From the IMG/VR virus record IMGVR_UViG_3300032320_001595, positions 17,612-81,611 of that record: a stretch of DNA of 64,000 bases; one strand, written 5' to 3'. Source of the DNA: a virus. Lineage: Duplodnaviria; Caudoviricetes. Shown here one piece after another: positions 16,749-25,823 of the stretch. The notes below the pieces were generated by a model. That model worked only from the letters and a program-made list of their open reading frames with translations, ran no database searches and was not told where the DNA came from. A program made the position numbers and the translations under genes. Numbering within the stretch: the stretch's first letter is position 1; each line of letters begins with the position of its first letter.

Positions 16749-17685
16749 CCAATACTAACTTATTTCCAGCGTTATTGAATAGATTTATAATTTCGCTATC
16801 TTCTAAATCTCCAATATCCTTACCTTTATTAAGATGTACTACATCAACTTCTTTATTCAAGAACTTATTAATTTTATCTACTAGCGCTTTTCCCGCTTCA
16901 TCGTTATCTGGACAAACTATAACACTAGAAGAATACTTTTGCAATAAAAATATTTGAGTCTTACTTACTGTAGCCCCTAACGTGGCGACAGCGGGAATGC
17001 CAAGTTGCCAGAGTCTAATAGCATCGAAAGACGACTCAACCACCACCACCCTCTTGTGCTTAGATCTATTAAGGTTAAACAAAACCTTGCTTTTAGGCAG
17101 TCCCGTACTGTTCTTAAAAGACTTACCTTCTATAGATCTTCCAACAAAGCCCACACATTTAGATTCAATATCAAATACTGGGACAGTAACCATGTCCTGT
17201 TTTTCCGAATAGCCAAGCATTAATTCTTTCTGTGCGTGCTGTGAGATTTTACGGGATAGAAAGTATTGTTGCGCCCTAGTATTGGATAGAAGGTTGTTGT
17301 TTAATTTAGAAATAAGATCAGTATCGAACTCTTTTAGTTCAGTCGGTTTATCAATAACTTCATCGATCTGCTCTGCTATGTTGGTCTGACTGCGCTTTGA
17401 ATTTATCAGCCTTGTTGCCTCAAAGTAATTACGCTTAGTTGAATGCATGACCATATCTATAATAGATCCAGATTCTCCACATGCAAAGCAAATAAACATG
17501 CCATTATCTTTATCTATTTCACAGGCTGGTGTATTTACATTATAATGATATGGACAAAACACTAGGAAGTGTGTATCTATTTCATTACCTATTTTAATAT
17601 CGCAGGCTTTTAGGGTCTGTTGTATCTGTCCTGCTGTGTAAAATCCATTGGTATTAAATTGTTGCCGCTTACCGCTAGATAACAT
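16741..17685 (-). CDS. DNA primase (Zn finger + TOPRIM)
   Basis: CPYH...FICFACGESG Zn finger; VVESSFDAI, ATLGA, CPDNDEAG, KDIGD TOPRIM motifs. Confidence 0.9.
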   Translation of the reverse strand: MLSSGKRQQFNTNGFYTAGQIQQTLKACDIKIGNEIDTHFLVFCPYHYNVNTPACEIDKDNGMFICFACGESGSIIDMVMHSTKRNYFEATRLINSKRSQTNIAEQIDEVIDKPTELKEFDTDLISKLNNNLLSNTRAQQYFLSRKISQHAQKELMLGYSEKQDMVTVPVFDIESKCVGFVGRSIEGKSFKNSTGLPKSKVLFNLNRSKHKRVVVVESSFDAIRLWQLGIPAVATLGATVSKTQIFLLQKYSSSVIVCPDNDEAGKALVDKINKFLNKEVDVVHLNKGKDIGDLEDSEIINLFNNAGNKLVLAV

Positions 17686-17924
17686 TTAGCCTTTGCCTTT
17701 CCAATAAAAACACCATATATGGTCAATAAAAATGTGTACTTGTCGTTCTTATATTTTAGGCTAAATGCAGGCTCTACGTCAAGGTGCGGGACATATCCAT
17801 TGGATCTCATTAGGTCAACAAGAATAGATTCATAGCGCTCTCGCACTCTAGGAATTTCAGAATCATCTTCTATCATTCCATCAATATGAAATTCTTTTAT
17901 TCTTTTATGACCAACAAAGTCCAC
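17610..17924 (-). CDS. Hypothetical protein
   Basis: GTG start 5 nt after TATAAT; overlaps primase by 76 nt. Confidence 0.65.
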   Translation of the reverse strand: MDFVGHKRIKEFHIDGMIEDDSEIPRVRERYESILVDLMRSNGYVPHLDVEPAFSLKYKNDKYTFLLTIYGVFIGKAKAKCYLAVSGNNLIPMDFTQQDRYNRP

Positions 17925-17943
17925 ACTACATTATACCTGTTAA

Positions 17944-19167
17944 CTATTCAATTACGTCCGTTATTTCTTTGAACATACCCTTGTCAAAATCTACTTCAAG
18001 ATAGAAGTCTCCATTGTATCCGTTCCTATTTTTTCTAAAGGCACATTCCAAAACAGGTGAGTTTGCTTTTCTTCCCATAGCAAGCAGGAAGTCTGCATCA
18101 TATGCAATCTGTCGTGACCATGCAACCTGACCAAGTTGTGGCACAGACTCAAGATCCGATGCATCATCGGGGGTAGCAGATGCAATTGCGATAATAGGAA
18201 GTTGCTGCGATATGGCAAGAAGTTTTAGTTCCCGTGAAAGATTTTTAATCTTTACAGTCTCGTTGACAGAAGTTAGCCCATTGTCAGACATTAGTTGAAG
18301 ATAGTCAACTATTACTATGTCAGGTCTATACTGATCTATCTTTGCAGCAATAAGGTTGGGGGTCATCTCTGACCCAGTATCATTTGATATGATCTTAAAT
18401 GGTGGACGACCAGAAAGATACTTATCTGCCCACAACCTAAACTCATCGTCTGTAATTCTTCCAGCACTCAGCGCTCTGTGAGAAAAGAATCCATCTGAAA
18501 TAATTGTAAAGATTCTATTCCGTACCTCAAACTCAGTCATCTCAAGACTAATAATCATAGGCTTATACCCACGCATCCACGCCTGTACTGCAAAATACAA
18601 TGCCAGCCAAGACTTTCCAATAGCAGGATATGCTAGCAAAACGCCAAGTTGTCCTTTTGATATGCCCATTGGAAGGCAAACATCAAACGCTGTGATGCCA
18701 GTTTTAATTCCAACGTTTCCATCTTCAGCCGACTTTCTTGTCTGCTCAAAATACTGTATAGCGTTCTCAACATCTGTAACATCGATATCCCTTACCTTGG
18801 CCCCAATACGAGACATTTTTGTAATATCTTTTGTTAGATCTGACAGCGCCTTGGCGGATTCATTGTTATTAACTGTTGAAGCAGCACGACGCAAAGCATT
18901 ACGAATAGACTCGTCTAGAAATGCCTGACGTAGTTTATCAACATGATAGATAGTGGGACCAGAATCTACTGGATCAAAGTCTCTGAACCTAGTGGCAAGA
19001 AGATCTGAGTCAGGAACCTGTCTAGTTTGATCGTAGTAGTCTTTTATAAAGCCCCAAACATCTGAGCAGTCTTGAATAAGTTCATCGGCATTATTGTCAA
19101 ACAGAACGTGGATATCCTTGTTCTTACATACTGATGATATAACCTCTACTTCTTCAAGATACGCCAT
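17944..19167 (-). CDS. dnaB: DnaB-like replicative helicase
   Basis: LAYPAIGKSW Walker A, ISLEM, IVDYLQL, SRQIAYDAD, KNRNG; no intein. Confidence 0.9.
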   Translation of the reverse strand: MAYLEEVEVISSVCKNKDIHVLFDNNADELIQDCSDVWGFIKDYYDQTRQVPDSDLLATRFRDFDPVDSGPTIYHVDKLRQAFLDESIRNALRRAASTVNNNESAKALSDLTKDITKMSRIGAKVRDIDVTDVENAIQYFEQTRKSAEDGNVGIKTGITAFDVCLPMGISKGQLGVLLAYPAIGKSWLALYFAVQAWMRGYKPMIISLEMTEFEVRNRIFTIISDGFFSHRALSAGRITDDEFRLWADKYLSGRPPFKIISNDTGSEMTPNLIAAKIDQYRPDIVIVDYLQLMSDNGLTSVNETVKIKNLSRELKLLAISQQLPIIAIASATPDDASDLESVPQLGQVAWSRQIAYDADFLLAMGRKANSPVLECAFRKNRNGYNGDFYLEVDFDKGMFKEITDVIE

Positions 19168-19492
19168 TCAGGTACTCCGCTCTTAGTTCTTGTGTCTTCC
19201 TACGTTGTTCCGACCTTAGCATAGCATCCTTTTCCGCGCCAATTCTAGAAATATGTAGTGAAGAAAAATTATTTACAAACCATGATAGGGGATGCATGTC
19301 TTTAGTCAATTTAAAATAATAAGATAGTGTTTGCTCTATATTTTCGTAGCCAAAATCTTCTATAAGAGACAGAAAAGCCCACTTTTCCTTATACTTATTT
19401 ATTGTTGGACTGATGCCATACTTCTCTCTATACAGCCTTGTGTATTCTGATATTAAAGAGTAGGCTTCTTTATCTGAGTTACTTCTTGCCAT
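19154..19492 (-). CDS. Hypothetical protein upstream of helicase (possible loader)
   Basis: 112-aa ORF overlapping the helicase start; role inferred from position only. Confidence 0.65.
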   Translation of the reverse strand: MARSNSDKEAYSLISEYTRLYREKYGISPTINKYKEKWAFLSLIEDFGYENIEQTLSYYFKLTKDMHPLSWFVNNFSSLHISRIGAEKDAMLRSEQRRKTQELRAEYLNGVS

Positions 19493-19697
19493 TAATATCG
19501 GCCTCTATTTCTTGGACACGATCTATCAACTGTGTCTCAACAAACTGATACACGCGATCCATGGCCTGAGAAACAGTTTCTTCATTTCTTACATAATCTT
19601 CTACACCAAGATCTATATGAATAGATTCATAGTTACCAAGATTTCTTACGAACTTCAATCCCACCTTCACCCGTGTCGGGTTCATTTCCTGGGTCAT
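19479..19697 (-). CDS. Conserved phage hypothetical protein
   Basis: KVGLKFVRNLGNYESIHIDLG motif. Confidence 0.7.
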   Translation of the reverse strand: MTQEMNPTRVKVGLKFVRNLGNYESIHIDLGVEDYVRNEETVSQAMDRVYQFVETQLIDRVQEIEADINGKK

Positions 19698-19962
19698 CTA
19701 ATGTCTCCAATGCCGTAGTAAATCCAATTGGCTTGCCCTTTTCTTCCTCATCTGATTCTTCATCGGGGCCAGATAGGAACTTGCCTAAATCATACCATGC
19801 CCTAGCGACGCTAATCAATCCTTCTACGTTTGATACTTCTTTTGCAATATCACCCGCTCGCATAAGATTAATTGCTGCTGCTAAAAGGGCACTTTCTGTA
19901 CATATAGTTTCACCTATAAAATCTACCAGTTTATCATCTTCAGATTTTTCTTTCTTTGCCAT
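19633..19962 (-). CDS. Hypothetical protein
   Basis: Start moved to ATG 19962 (TAATG overlap with upstream stop). Confidence 0.6.
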   Translation of the reverse strand: MAKKEKSEDDKLVDFIGETICTESALLAAAINLMRAGDIAKEVSNVEGLISVARAWYDLGKFLSGPDEESDEEEKGKPIGFTTALETLDDPGNEPDTGEGGIEVRKKSW

Positions 19963-20495
19963 TAAAAATCTACCGTCCTCCATACTGGTATAAACTCGCC
20001 ATTTTCATTTTGCACATACAGAACATCTCTACGGCCAAGTTTAGCATCTACCTCTTCTTTTGTCACGGTTCTTTTTAGCGGTGTGATAGCGCCATCATTC
20101 CTTGGCCTGCCATAGTGCAAATTGGCAAAATAGTCTTGAATGTCCAGTATGTCATTTTCATTAAAATAAAATTTACCTTTAGGCCCAGACCTTTGAGGCT
20201 GACGAATATTACCCTCGTTAATCCCCACTCTTATTCTTTCTGGGTGTCTATTTACCATTCTGGCAACTTCATTAATTAAATATGCCTTCTGTGCATGTTT
20301 CTTCATATTTTTATATGGATATTTAACTATTTTATTTTGAGTATAGTTAAATGTTGTACACACATCTGCTGGTTTATTAATATGAATAACGTGATGAAGT
20401 TCTCCGTTAATGAATAACTTCCTACGGCGCTTTGGAGTTTTTAAAACCCCATATCTTTCCCTGTAAGATAAAGAGTTTCCTTCTTCATTATCCAT
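19962..20495 (-). CDS. HTH (MerR-like) DNA-binding protein
   Basis: AYLINEVARMVNRHPERIR...FYFNENDI winged-helix pattern. Confidence 0.65.
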   Translation of the reverse strand: MDNEEGNSLSYRERYGVLKTPKRRRKLFINGELHHVIHINKPADVCTTFNYTQNKIVKYPYKNMKKHAQKAYLINEVARMVNRHPERIRVGINEGNIRQPQRSGPKGKFYFNENDILDIQDYFANLHYGRPRNDGAITPLKRTVTKEEVDAKLGRRDVLYVQNENGEFIPVWRTVDF

Positions 20496-20632
20496 CTACC
20501 AAAGCCTCCGTACTTTTCTGGGTATCTCAATGACCAACGCGCTCCGCATCTAAGGCAATACAATTCAATATGTATGTCAGAGGATAGTGTTCTATCCACC
20601 ATTACCTTACCCTGACATTTTTTGCAAAACAT
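20441..20632 (-). CDS. Small zinc-ribbon protein
   Basis: CKKCQG...YCLRCG. Confidence 0.7.
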   Translation of the reverse strand: MFCKKCQGKVMVDRTLSSDIHIELYCLRCGARWSLRYPEKYGGFGRWIMKKETLYLTGKDMGF

Positions 20633-21397
20633 TTATGCCTTAAATACCTTTCCGTCCACGACACAGGTATAGTCATGAATTTGAATTAGTTGCATATGAG
20701 GATAATCATCTACTACATGAGCAACAGCAAACCCTGCCTGCCAATTCTTTTGAATAGAATAATCCATCTGCGATTCATCACATAGATGGCCAATTTCATA
20801 TCCACGCAGTTCTTGTCCGCTCAAATTGTATGTCTGGAAGTACGCTCCCATTCGATGAGAATGGCCTCGTACAAGAGATACACCCCAGTTATTAACATCA
20901 TTGCGTACTGATTCTCCAGAGTGCTTTGAGATTGACTCTCCATGATGACCATACATATCACCAAATCGCTTTACTGGCGGGTCTTGCCATAGATGCCATT
21001 CGAACCCAGACTTAGAATACTCATATAAAGTATCTGCTGTTACTAGTTCCAGGAATTGCGGCGCTTTCTTAGCAAGGTACTCGCCGTGGCGAGTCCAGCC
21101 ATGATTCCCATCGTGAAAATGACAATCACCCTTGGGGACAATAGCCCGTATTTCTTTAAGAAAGTTTCTTGTGCCATCTACGCCTCCATCATTAATAGAT
21201 ACTGACATTTCACCTGGCTTATCGGCAGCCCATCTACTGGTAGAGTCAGCATCATCGATATCGCCTAAAAGATCAACTGCGTCAGGCTTAAACCATTTCA
21301 TAACCTTAAGAAATAGTTCTACCTTGCGTGGATCGTGTCTTGGAAAATGCACATCACTACACATCATCCATCTAAGATCATTTTTTGCTTGCGTCAT
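20633..21397 (-). CDS. Calcineurin-like metallophosphoesterase
   Basis: SDVH, LGDIDD, DGNH, HHG, GHSHR motifs. Confidence 0.88.
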   Translation of the reverse strand: MTQAKNDLRWMMCSDVHFPRHDPRKVELFLKVMKWFKPDAVDLLGDIDDADSTSRWAADKPGEMSVSINDGGVDGTRNFLKEIRAIVPKGDCHFHDGNHGWTRHGEYLAKKAPQFLELVTADTLYEYSKSGFEWHLWQDPPVKRFGDMYGHHGESISKHSGESVRNDVNNWGVSLVRGHSHRMGAYFQTYNLSGQELRGYEIGHLCDESQMDYSIQKNWQAGFAVAHVVDDYPHMQLIQIHDYTCVVDGKVFKA

Positions 21398-21842
21398 TTC
21401 TAGCCTTTCGTCGGCATTGTCTTGAACAATAATCCCAGTAATGCTCTCTGATTACTGGGACGGTGTAAATCTTATCACAATAGCCACAAGTCTTGTCAAC
21501 CTTTATTGGCCTGCAAGTTGATCTACATTTTACACGGGTTTTCATTATTGACGGAATCCCATAAAATTCTATTCCACAATGCTTGCAATTCTTTTTAATC
21601 CAATTTGGATGAAGTTTATACATGGAAACAGTTCTCATACCATGCGCTTTATCATGCTCTCTTCTAGAGCATAGAAAAAGATTTTCTATTCTATTATCAT
21701 TCTTTATTTCATTTATATGATGAACTGTTTCACCAATGTATAACTGTCTACCCATATATTTTTCCATAACTAAAATATGCTCATAGTACATATTGTCAAT
21801 AGACCTTGGATGTTTAGATGGGACTAAAACATATCCAGACAT
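21378..21842 (-). CDS. HNH endonuclease with C-terminal Cys repeats
   Basis: YEHILVME...VHHINEIKNDNRIENL HNH_3-type motif; CKHC, CGYC, YCSRQC. Confidence 0.85.
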   Translation of the reverse strand: MSGYVLVPSKHPRSIDNMYYEHILVMEKYMGRQLYIGETVHHINEIKNDNRIENLFLCSRREHDKAHGMRTVSMYKLHPNWIKKNCKHCGIEFYGIPSIMKTRVKCRSTCRPIKVDKTCGYCDKIYTVPVIREHYWDYCSRQCRRKARNDASKK

Positions 21843-21845
21843 ATT

Positions 21846-22286
21846 TTAGGAAGTAGAGCCAGAACCAATAGCAATATAGTTAACTCTAACTGTTGTGGCT
21901 TTCTTTAGATCAGTAATTAGTTTAAGTCTTGCGGTAAAGTTCTGATTAGTGATAGAAGTAATTGTTAGGCTGCCAATTGATATGCCCTGCCCCTCGCTTT
22001 TATAGTCAATAATGGAGGAAGTTACATATGGTGATGACTGAAAGTTTGTGCCATCTGGGAAGTTAAACTTGATATCATTTACTACCCCCGTAGCGGTTAC
22101 GTTTACTTCCTGAGATCCTAGTGCAATCTTAACAACATCATCTTCTTTACGACCAATGGTATTACCATAAACTTTAACGATTTGCCTTTGATCGTCGGCA
22201 GGAACCTTAATACTATTAACCTGACTAATTATTGCATTAAGCAATTCATAGGTTACTGGTTCGCCGTCACTAATGGGATTAATCAT
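21846..22286 (-). CDS. Minor tail/fibre-associated protein with beta-rich C-terminal domain
   Basis: ...PYVTSS...ITSITNQNFTARL...VNYIAIG C-terminus typical of phage fibre tips; start moved to ATG 22286. Confidence 0.6.
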   Translation of the reverse strand: MINPISDGEPVTYELLNAIISQVNSIKVPADDQRQIVKVYGNTIGRKEDDVVKIALGSQEVNVTATGVVNDIKFNFPDGTNFQSSPYVTSSIIDYKSEGQGISIGSLTITSITNQNFTARLKLITDLKKATTVRVNYIAIGSGSTS

Positions 22287-22443
22287 CCAACTTTGCCTCA
22301 AGTTCAATAATCTTCTTATCGCGTGCCTGAATTTGCTCAGTAGCCTGAGCCTTCATAACGGCGAGTTTTGTCTCGTAGTCGCTGGTCATCTGACCGATAC
22401 GCTGCTGTAGTTCTTGTACAATAAGTTCTAGTGTTTGTGACAT
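22279..22443 (-). CDS. Small coiled-coil protein (54 aa)
   Basis: Hand-translated MSQTLELIVQELQQRIGQMTSDYETKLAVMKAQATEQIQARDKKIIELEAKLDD; GAGAGGA SD and upstream TGCTATAAT. Confidence 0.75.
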   Translation of the reverse strand: MSQTLELIVQELQQRIGQMTSDYETKLAVMKAQATEQIQARDKKIIELEAKLDD

Positions 22444-22466
22444 TTTATTCCTCTCTGTTGAAAAAA

Positions 22467-22475
22467 ATTATAGCA
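22467..22475 (-). promoter_or_regulatory. Extended -10 promoter TGCTATAAT
   Basis: Intergenic, 23 nt before ATG 22443. Confidence 0.55.
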
Positions 22476-22480
22476 TGTTT

Positions 22481-24922
22481 TTATAAGATATTTCCAGTTA
22501 ATATCCAGTTGTTTAAAGACTTTGCTGTCAATTTTGCGGTAGTCCATTGACCAGACAAAGTTCTTCTATTTAAGAATGAATTTAATGATGCAGAGGTTGT
22601 AGTTTGTATTGCAAATATAACGCTACCAGATCCGCATTGAATAAAATCAATTTCAGTTTTATTATCGAATATAGCATTAAATGCAACAGGAATAATAATA
22701 ACTGTTGATGCTGTAGATGAAACATCTAATCTAGACCACGCATCTGTTGAAGTTAAAGTATAAGCGCTAGCAGTTATATCTACAACATTTTTTTGAGAAT
22801 TTTTAAGAAACCCAGATACATTTAACACATTAGAATCATATGTTAGCCTACCCGCACCGAGTCTAATTTTTCCTGTTATATCTATATGGTCTGGAGGATT
22901 ATTGCCCCAAAAATTACTTACTGTTGGTACGTTTAAAATGATTCCATCTATTTTTGTTAAAGGAGAAGAAGGTCCGCTGTATCCACTAAACTCTCCTGTA
23001 TATGCATATCCCATATTTATAGATCCAGAAGATGCAGTTAATTGACTAAAATCATAATTATTAAATATTCCTTCTTGAGATAATCTACAAAAATATCTAT
23101 TATATAAAGAATTAAAATCTAAAGATGCTGTAACTACATAAAAAACATATGTCGATGACCAAACCCTTGTATCTGAATTTTTTGTAACACTATTAAATAT
23201 TAAATTAGGTTTTGCTATTGGAGAGCCATTCAAAAATGCATTTCCAGAAACAGAACTACCATCGATATAGAAATAATTTCCTGCACCCATTGATTTTTGA
23301 TCTCTAGAAGTGGTTAAAATAAAGTTTCCAGACTGCATTGCATCTGATACTGAAGCGGTTCCTATTATATTTAATATATTATATGAAACTCCAGCGCCTA
23401 TAAGTAATTCTTTAATATTTCCTTTATTAGCAGTAATATTTCCACTTACTTGAAGTTTTCCAGTTATATTATTAAATAAAATACTTCCGCTAGCAGTTGA
23501 TCCATAAATTCCAGAAGAAGATAAAGATAAAAACCCATTATTAGTAGAAGCAGTTAAAGAACCACCAAGTCTTAAATTACCTGAAATACTTCCAGATATT
23601 GCATTTATACTTCCTATGACAGATAAAGTATTATTATTAAAAGTAAGGTTACCAGAACCTAATTTAAAGTCGCCAGATAAATCAATAAAGTCTGGTGAAT
23701 TTCCAGATTTATAATTCTCTAAACTAATTCCCTCTAAAGTATAGATTCCATTATTAAGATCAAAATAATTATCTTGTCCAATAAATACATACCCTATAGT
23801 AAATGATCCAGACGATGCAGATACTCCGTCAAAATTAAAAAAGTTTCCACTAGGATGATTATTAATAGGGGGAGTGACAATTTGGCATAAATATCTATTT
23901 ATAAAATGTGAATAAGTACCCCAGCCTGGTAGGAGTATAGAACTGTCATATTCTGAATATGATGCAGTTAAAACCCTAAATAATTGAGGATGAAATACTG
24001 ATGCACTAACGTATGTATCTTGTTCAAAACTGAGAAGTTGATTACTTTCATTAATAAAACCATGACTATAAGATGAAGTACTGAATGTATCTGTTAGTTT
24101 GAAAACGTCGCCTCGTTTTAATTTTCTATTGAACTGAGTGGCAATATTATTTCTATATTCCGTAGAAGTCATAATAAACAAACCAGTCATAGAGGAAGAA
24201 AATGCTGCTGATGGAGTTGAAACACCTATAATGTTAAGGACTGATGACTGGTTTGGACCAATATCTAAATCATTAATTTTTCCAGAATTTGCTATAACTT
24301 CACCACTAATAGATACCTGTCCAGTTATATTATTATATATAAGGCTGTTACCGCTTGCCGTTCCGAATATTCCTGAAGACGATACTTGTAGTAAACCATT
24401 ATTATTTGAAGCAGTTAAAGACCCTCCAAGGGTAAGATCTCCCTCTAGTACTCCCTCTGTTGCTTCAATTCTTCCGCGAACTGCAACATTGGAAAAAATA
24501 GCATTGCCACTATTTCCTAGATACCATCCAGTACTTCCAAGATCTTTTCCGTCCCAATTTTCATAAGATACTGAGAAAATATCATTCACGCTTGCTGATA
24601 AAACTTGAACAAGTTGATCATTGTCTAGGTACTCAATTACAATGTCATTAGATGGACTTGCTGTAAATTCACGATCTCCAACGTTATTAGATAGAACTTT
24701 GTAAAAATTTTGTCCAGTTGAAGATCCTGTTAAAGATATGGCCATCCCTGGCAAAATTCCTGACGCAGTTCTATTTTGAATTACAATAGGAATAAAGCCA
24801 TCGAATCCATATGATGATATGTTTGCAGACTCTAGCCTATTGACACCCTGTGAGTCAAAGTATGACATTAGTGGCTCAAAGGAATCATTGGTGGGATCTG
24901 AATTAAAATTATTAGTTGCCAT
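22481..24922 (-). CDS. Minor tail/fibre protein with internal tandem duplication and shared C-terminal domain
   Basis: 813 aa, Ser/Gly/Asn-rich; GSTGWYLGNSGNAIFSNVAVRG fibre motif; two ~260-290-aa modules. Confidence 0.75.
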   Translation of the reverse strand: MATNNFNSDPTNDSFEPLMSYFDSQGVNRLESANISSYGFDGFIPIVIQNRTASGILPGMAISLTGSSTGQNFYKVLSNNVGDREFTASPSNDIVIEYLDNDQLVQVLSASVNDIFSVSYENWDGKDLGSTGWYLGNSGNAIFSNVAVRGRIEATEGVLEGDLTLGGSLTASNNNGLLQVSSSGIFGTASGNSLIYNNITGQVSISGEVIANSGKINDLDIGPNQSSVLNIIGVSTPSAAFSSSMTGLFIMTSTEYRNNIATQFNRKLKRGDVFKLTDTFSTSSYSHGFINESNQLLSFEQDTYVSASVFHPQLFRVLTASYSEYDSSILLPGWGTYSHFINRYLCQIVTPPINNHPSGNFFNFDGVSASSGSFTIGYVFIGQDNYFDLNNGIYTLEGISLENYKSGNSPDFIDLSGDFKLGSGNLTFNNNTLSVIGSINAISGSISGNLRLGGSLTASTNNGFLSLSSSGIYGSTASGSILFNNITGKLQVSGNITANKGNIKELLIGAGVSYNILNIIGTASVSDAMQSGNFILTTSRDQKSMGAGNYFYIDGSSVSGNAFLNGSPIAKPNLIFNSVTKNSDTRVWSSTYVFYVVTASLDFNSLYNRYFCRLSQEGIFNNYDFSQLTASSGSINMGYAYTGEFSGYSGPSSPLTKIDGIILNVPTVSNFWGNNPPDHIDITGKIRLGAGRLTYDSNVLNVSGFLKNSQKNVVDITASAYTLTSTDAWSRLDVSSTASTVIIIPVAFNAIFDNKTEIDFIQCGSGSVIFAIQTTTSASLNSFLNRRTLSGQWTTAKLTAKSLNNWILTGNIL

Positions 24923-25823
24923 TCTTTACCGCCTTGCTAAAGAATGGTTTATTTGATGAATTTGTTTGAAGCCACTCTCCACTCCATTCTCCATTCTTTT
25001 TTGTATATCTTGCAATAGCAACATAAAACATATAACTTGGCTTATCTCCTATATCAAAAGTTCTCGTATAAGATTTTACCAAAAAATTTTCTTCTAGACT
25101 TAATGAGTAGGTAGGTGGAGTTTTAAAACTTATTTCTGAATTATCAAACATCGATAATAACTTATCACCGCTTCTAATCTTACCATCATAGTTTCTGTAT
25201 GCATATATTGGAATATCTCTGACAATCCAAGAAGAAACGCCAGTAGGCTTTTCTTTAACATTAATTAATTTTTGAAAAACTGGCGCGTCTGGAATTTGTA
25301 TTGTGTATTTTTTTTGCTTCTTTTTTCCAGTAATTTCTGTTATATAATTGCTTATTTTACTAGTAGTAGCACTATTTTGAGTAGGTTGGTAATCATTTTG
25401 AACTTTAAGAACGATGTAGCATCCTGTTTTATCATTTGAAATTCCTGATTCAATTACTTGCGCTTGCCTATCATTTAAATTAGTTAGGGTAGAGTGGCCA
25501 GCAACAATTTTAATAGTGTCGCCATTAGAAAATTGATTTCTTGGTTTTATTGTGTCAAAGTACAGCCTTAGTCGATAGTGTGATAGTCCTATTGATGGTC
25601 CTTTATTATATCTAATAAAACCAAACTCATTTTCAGAAAAGGTATTAGTATAAACAGTTACAGGAGGAGAGTATGTAGTGGTCACCTTACTCATTAGCGG
25701 GGCAGCCGTAGGAACTCTTAAACTTATTGCTGCAGATCTGGCGATATGCTCAAAAATACTTCCTTCTACAACAAAACTAACAGTATCTCCTGGCTGTAGT
25801 TTTTTAAGATTTAACCGACTCAT
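24912..25823 (-). CDS. Hypothetical tail-module protein
   Basis: 303-aa ORF in tail operon. Confidence 0.65.
   Translation of the reverse strand: MSRLNLKKLQPGDTVSFVVEGSIFEHIARSAAISLRVPTAAPLMSKVTTTYSPPVTVYTNTFSENEFGFIRYNKGPSIGLSHYRLRLYFDTIKPRNQFSNGDTIKIVAGHSTLTNLNDRQAQVIESGISNDKTGCYIVLKVQNDYQPTQNSATTSKISNYITEITGKKKQKKYTIQIPDAPVFQKLINVKEKPTGVSSWIVRDIPIYAYRNYDGKIRSGDKLLSMFDNSEISFKTPPTYSLSLEENFLVKSYTRTFDIGDKPSYMFYVAIARYTKKNGEWSGEWLQTNSSNKPFFSKAVKNGN

Noticed and set aside
5555-19167. Inteins or introns in terL, recA, dnaE and dnaB
   Set aside because: Lengths and motif spacing are normal; no C...HN splice motifs or frame breaks.
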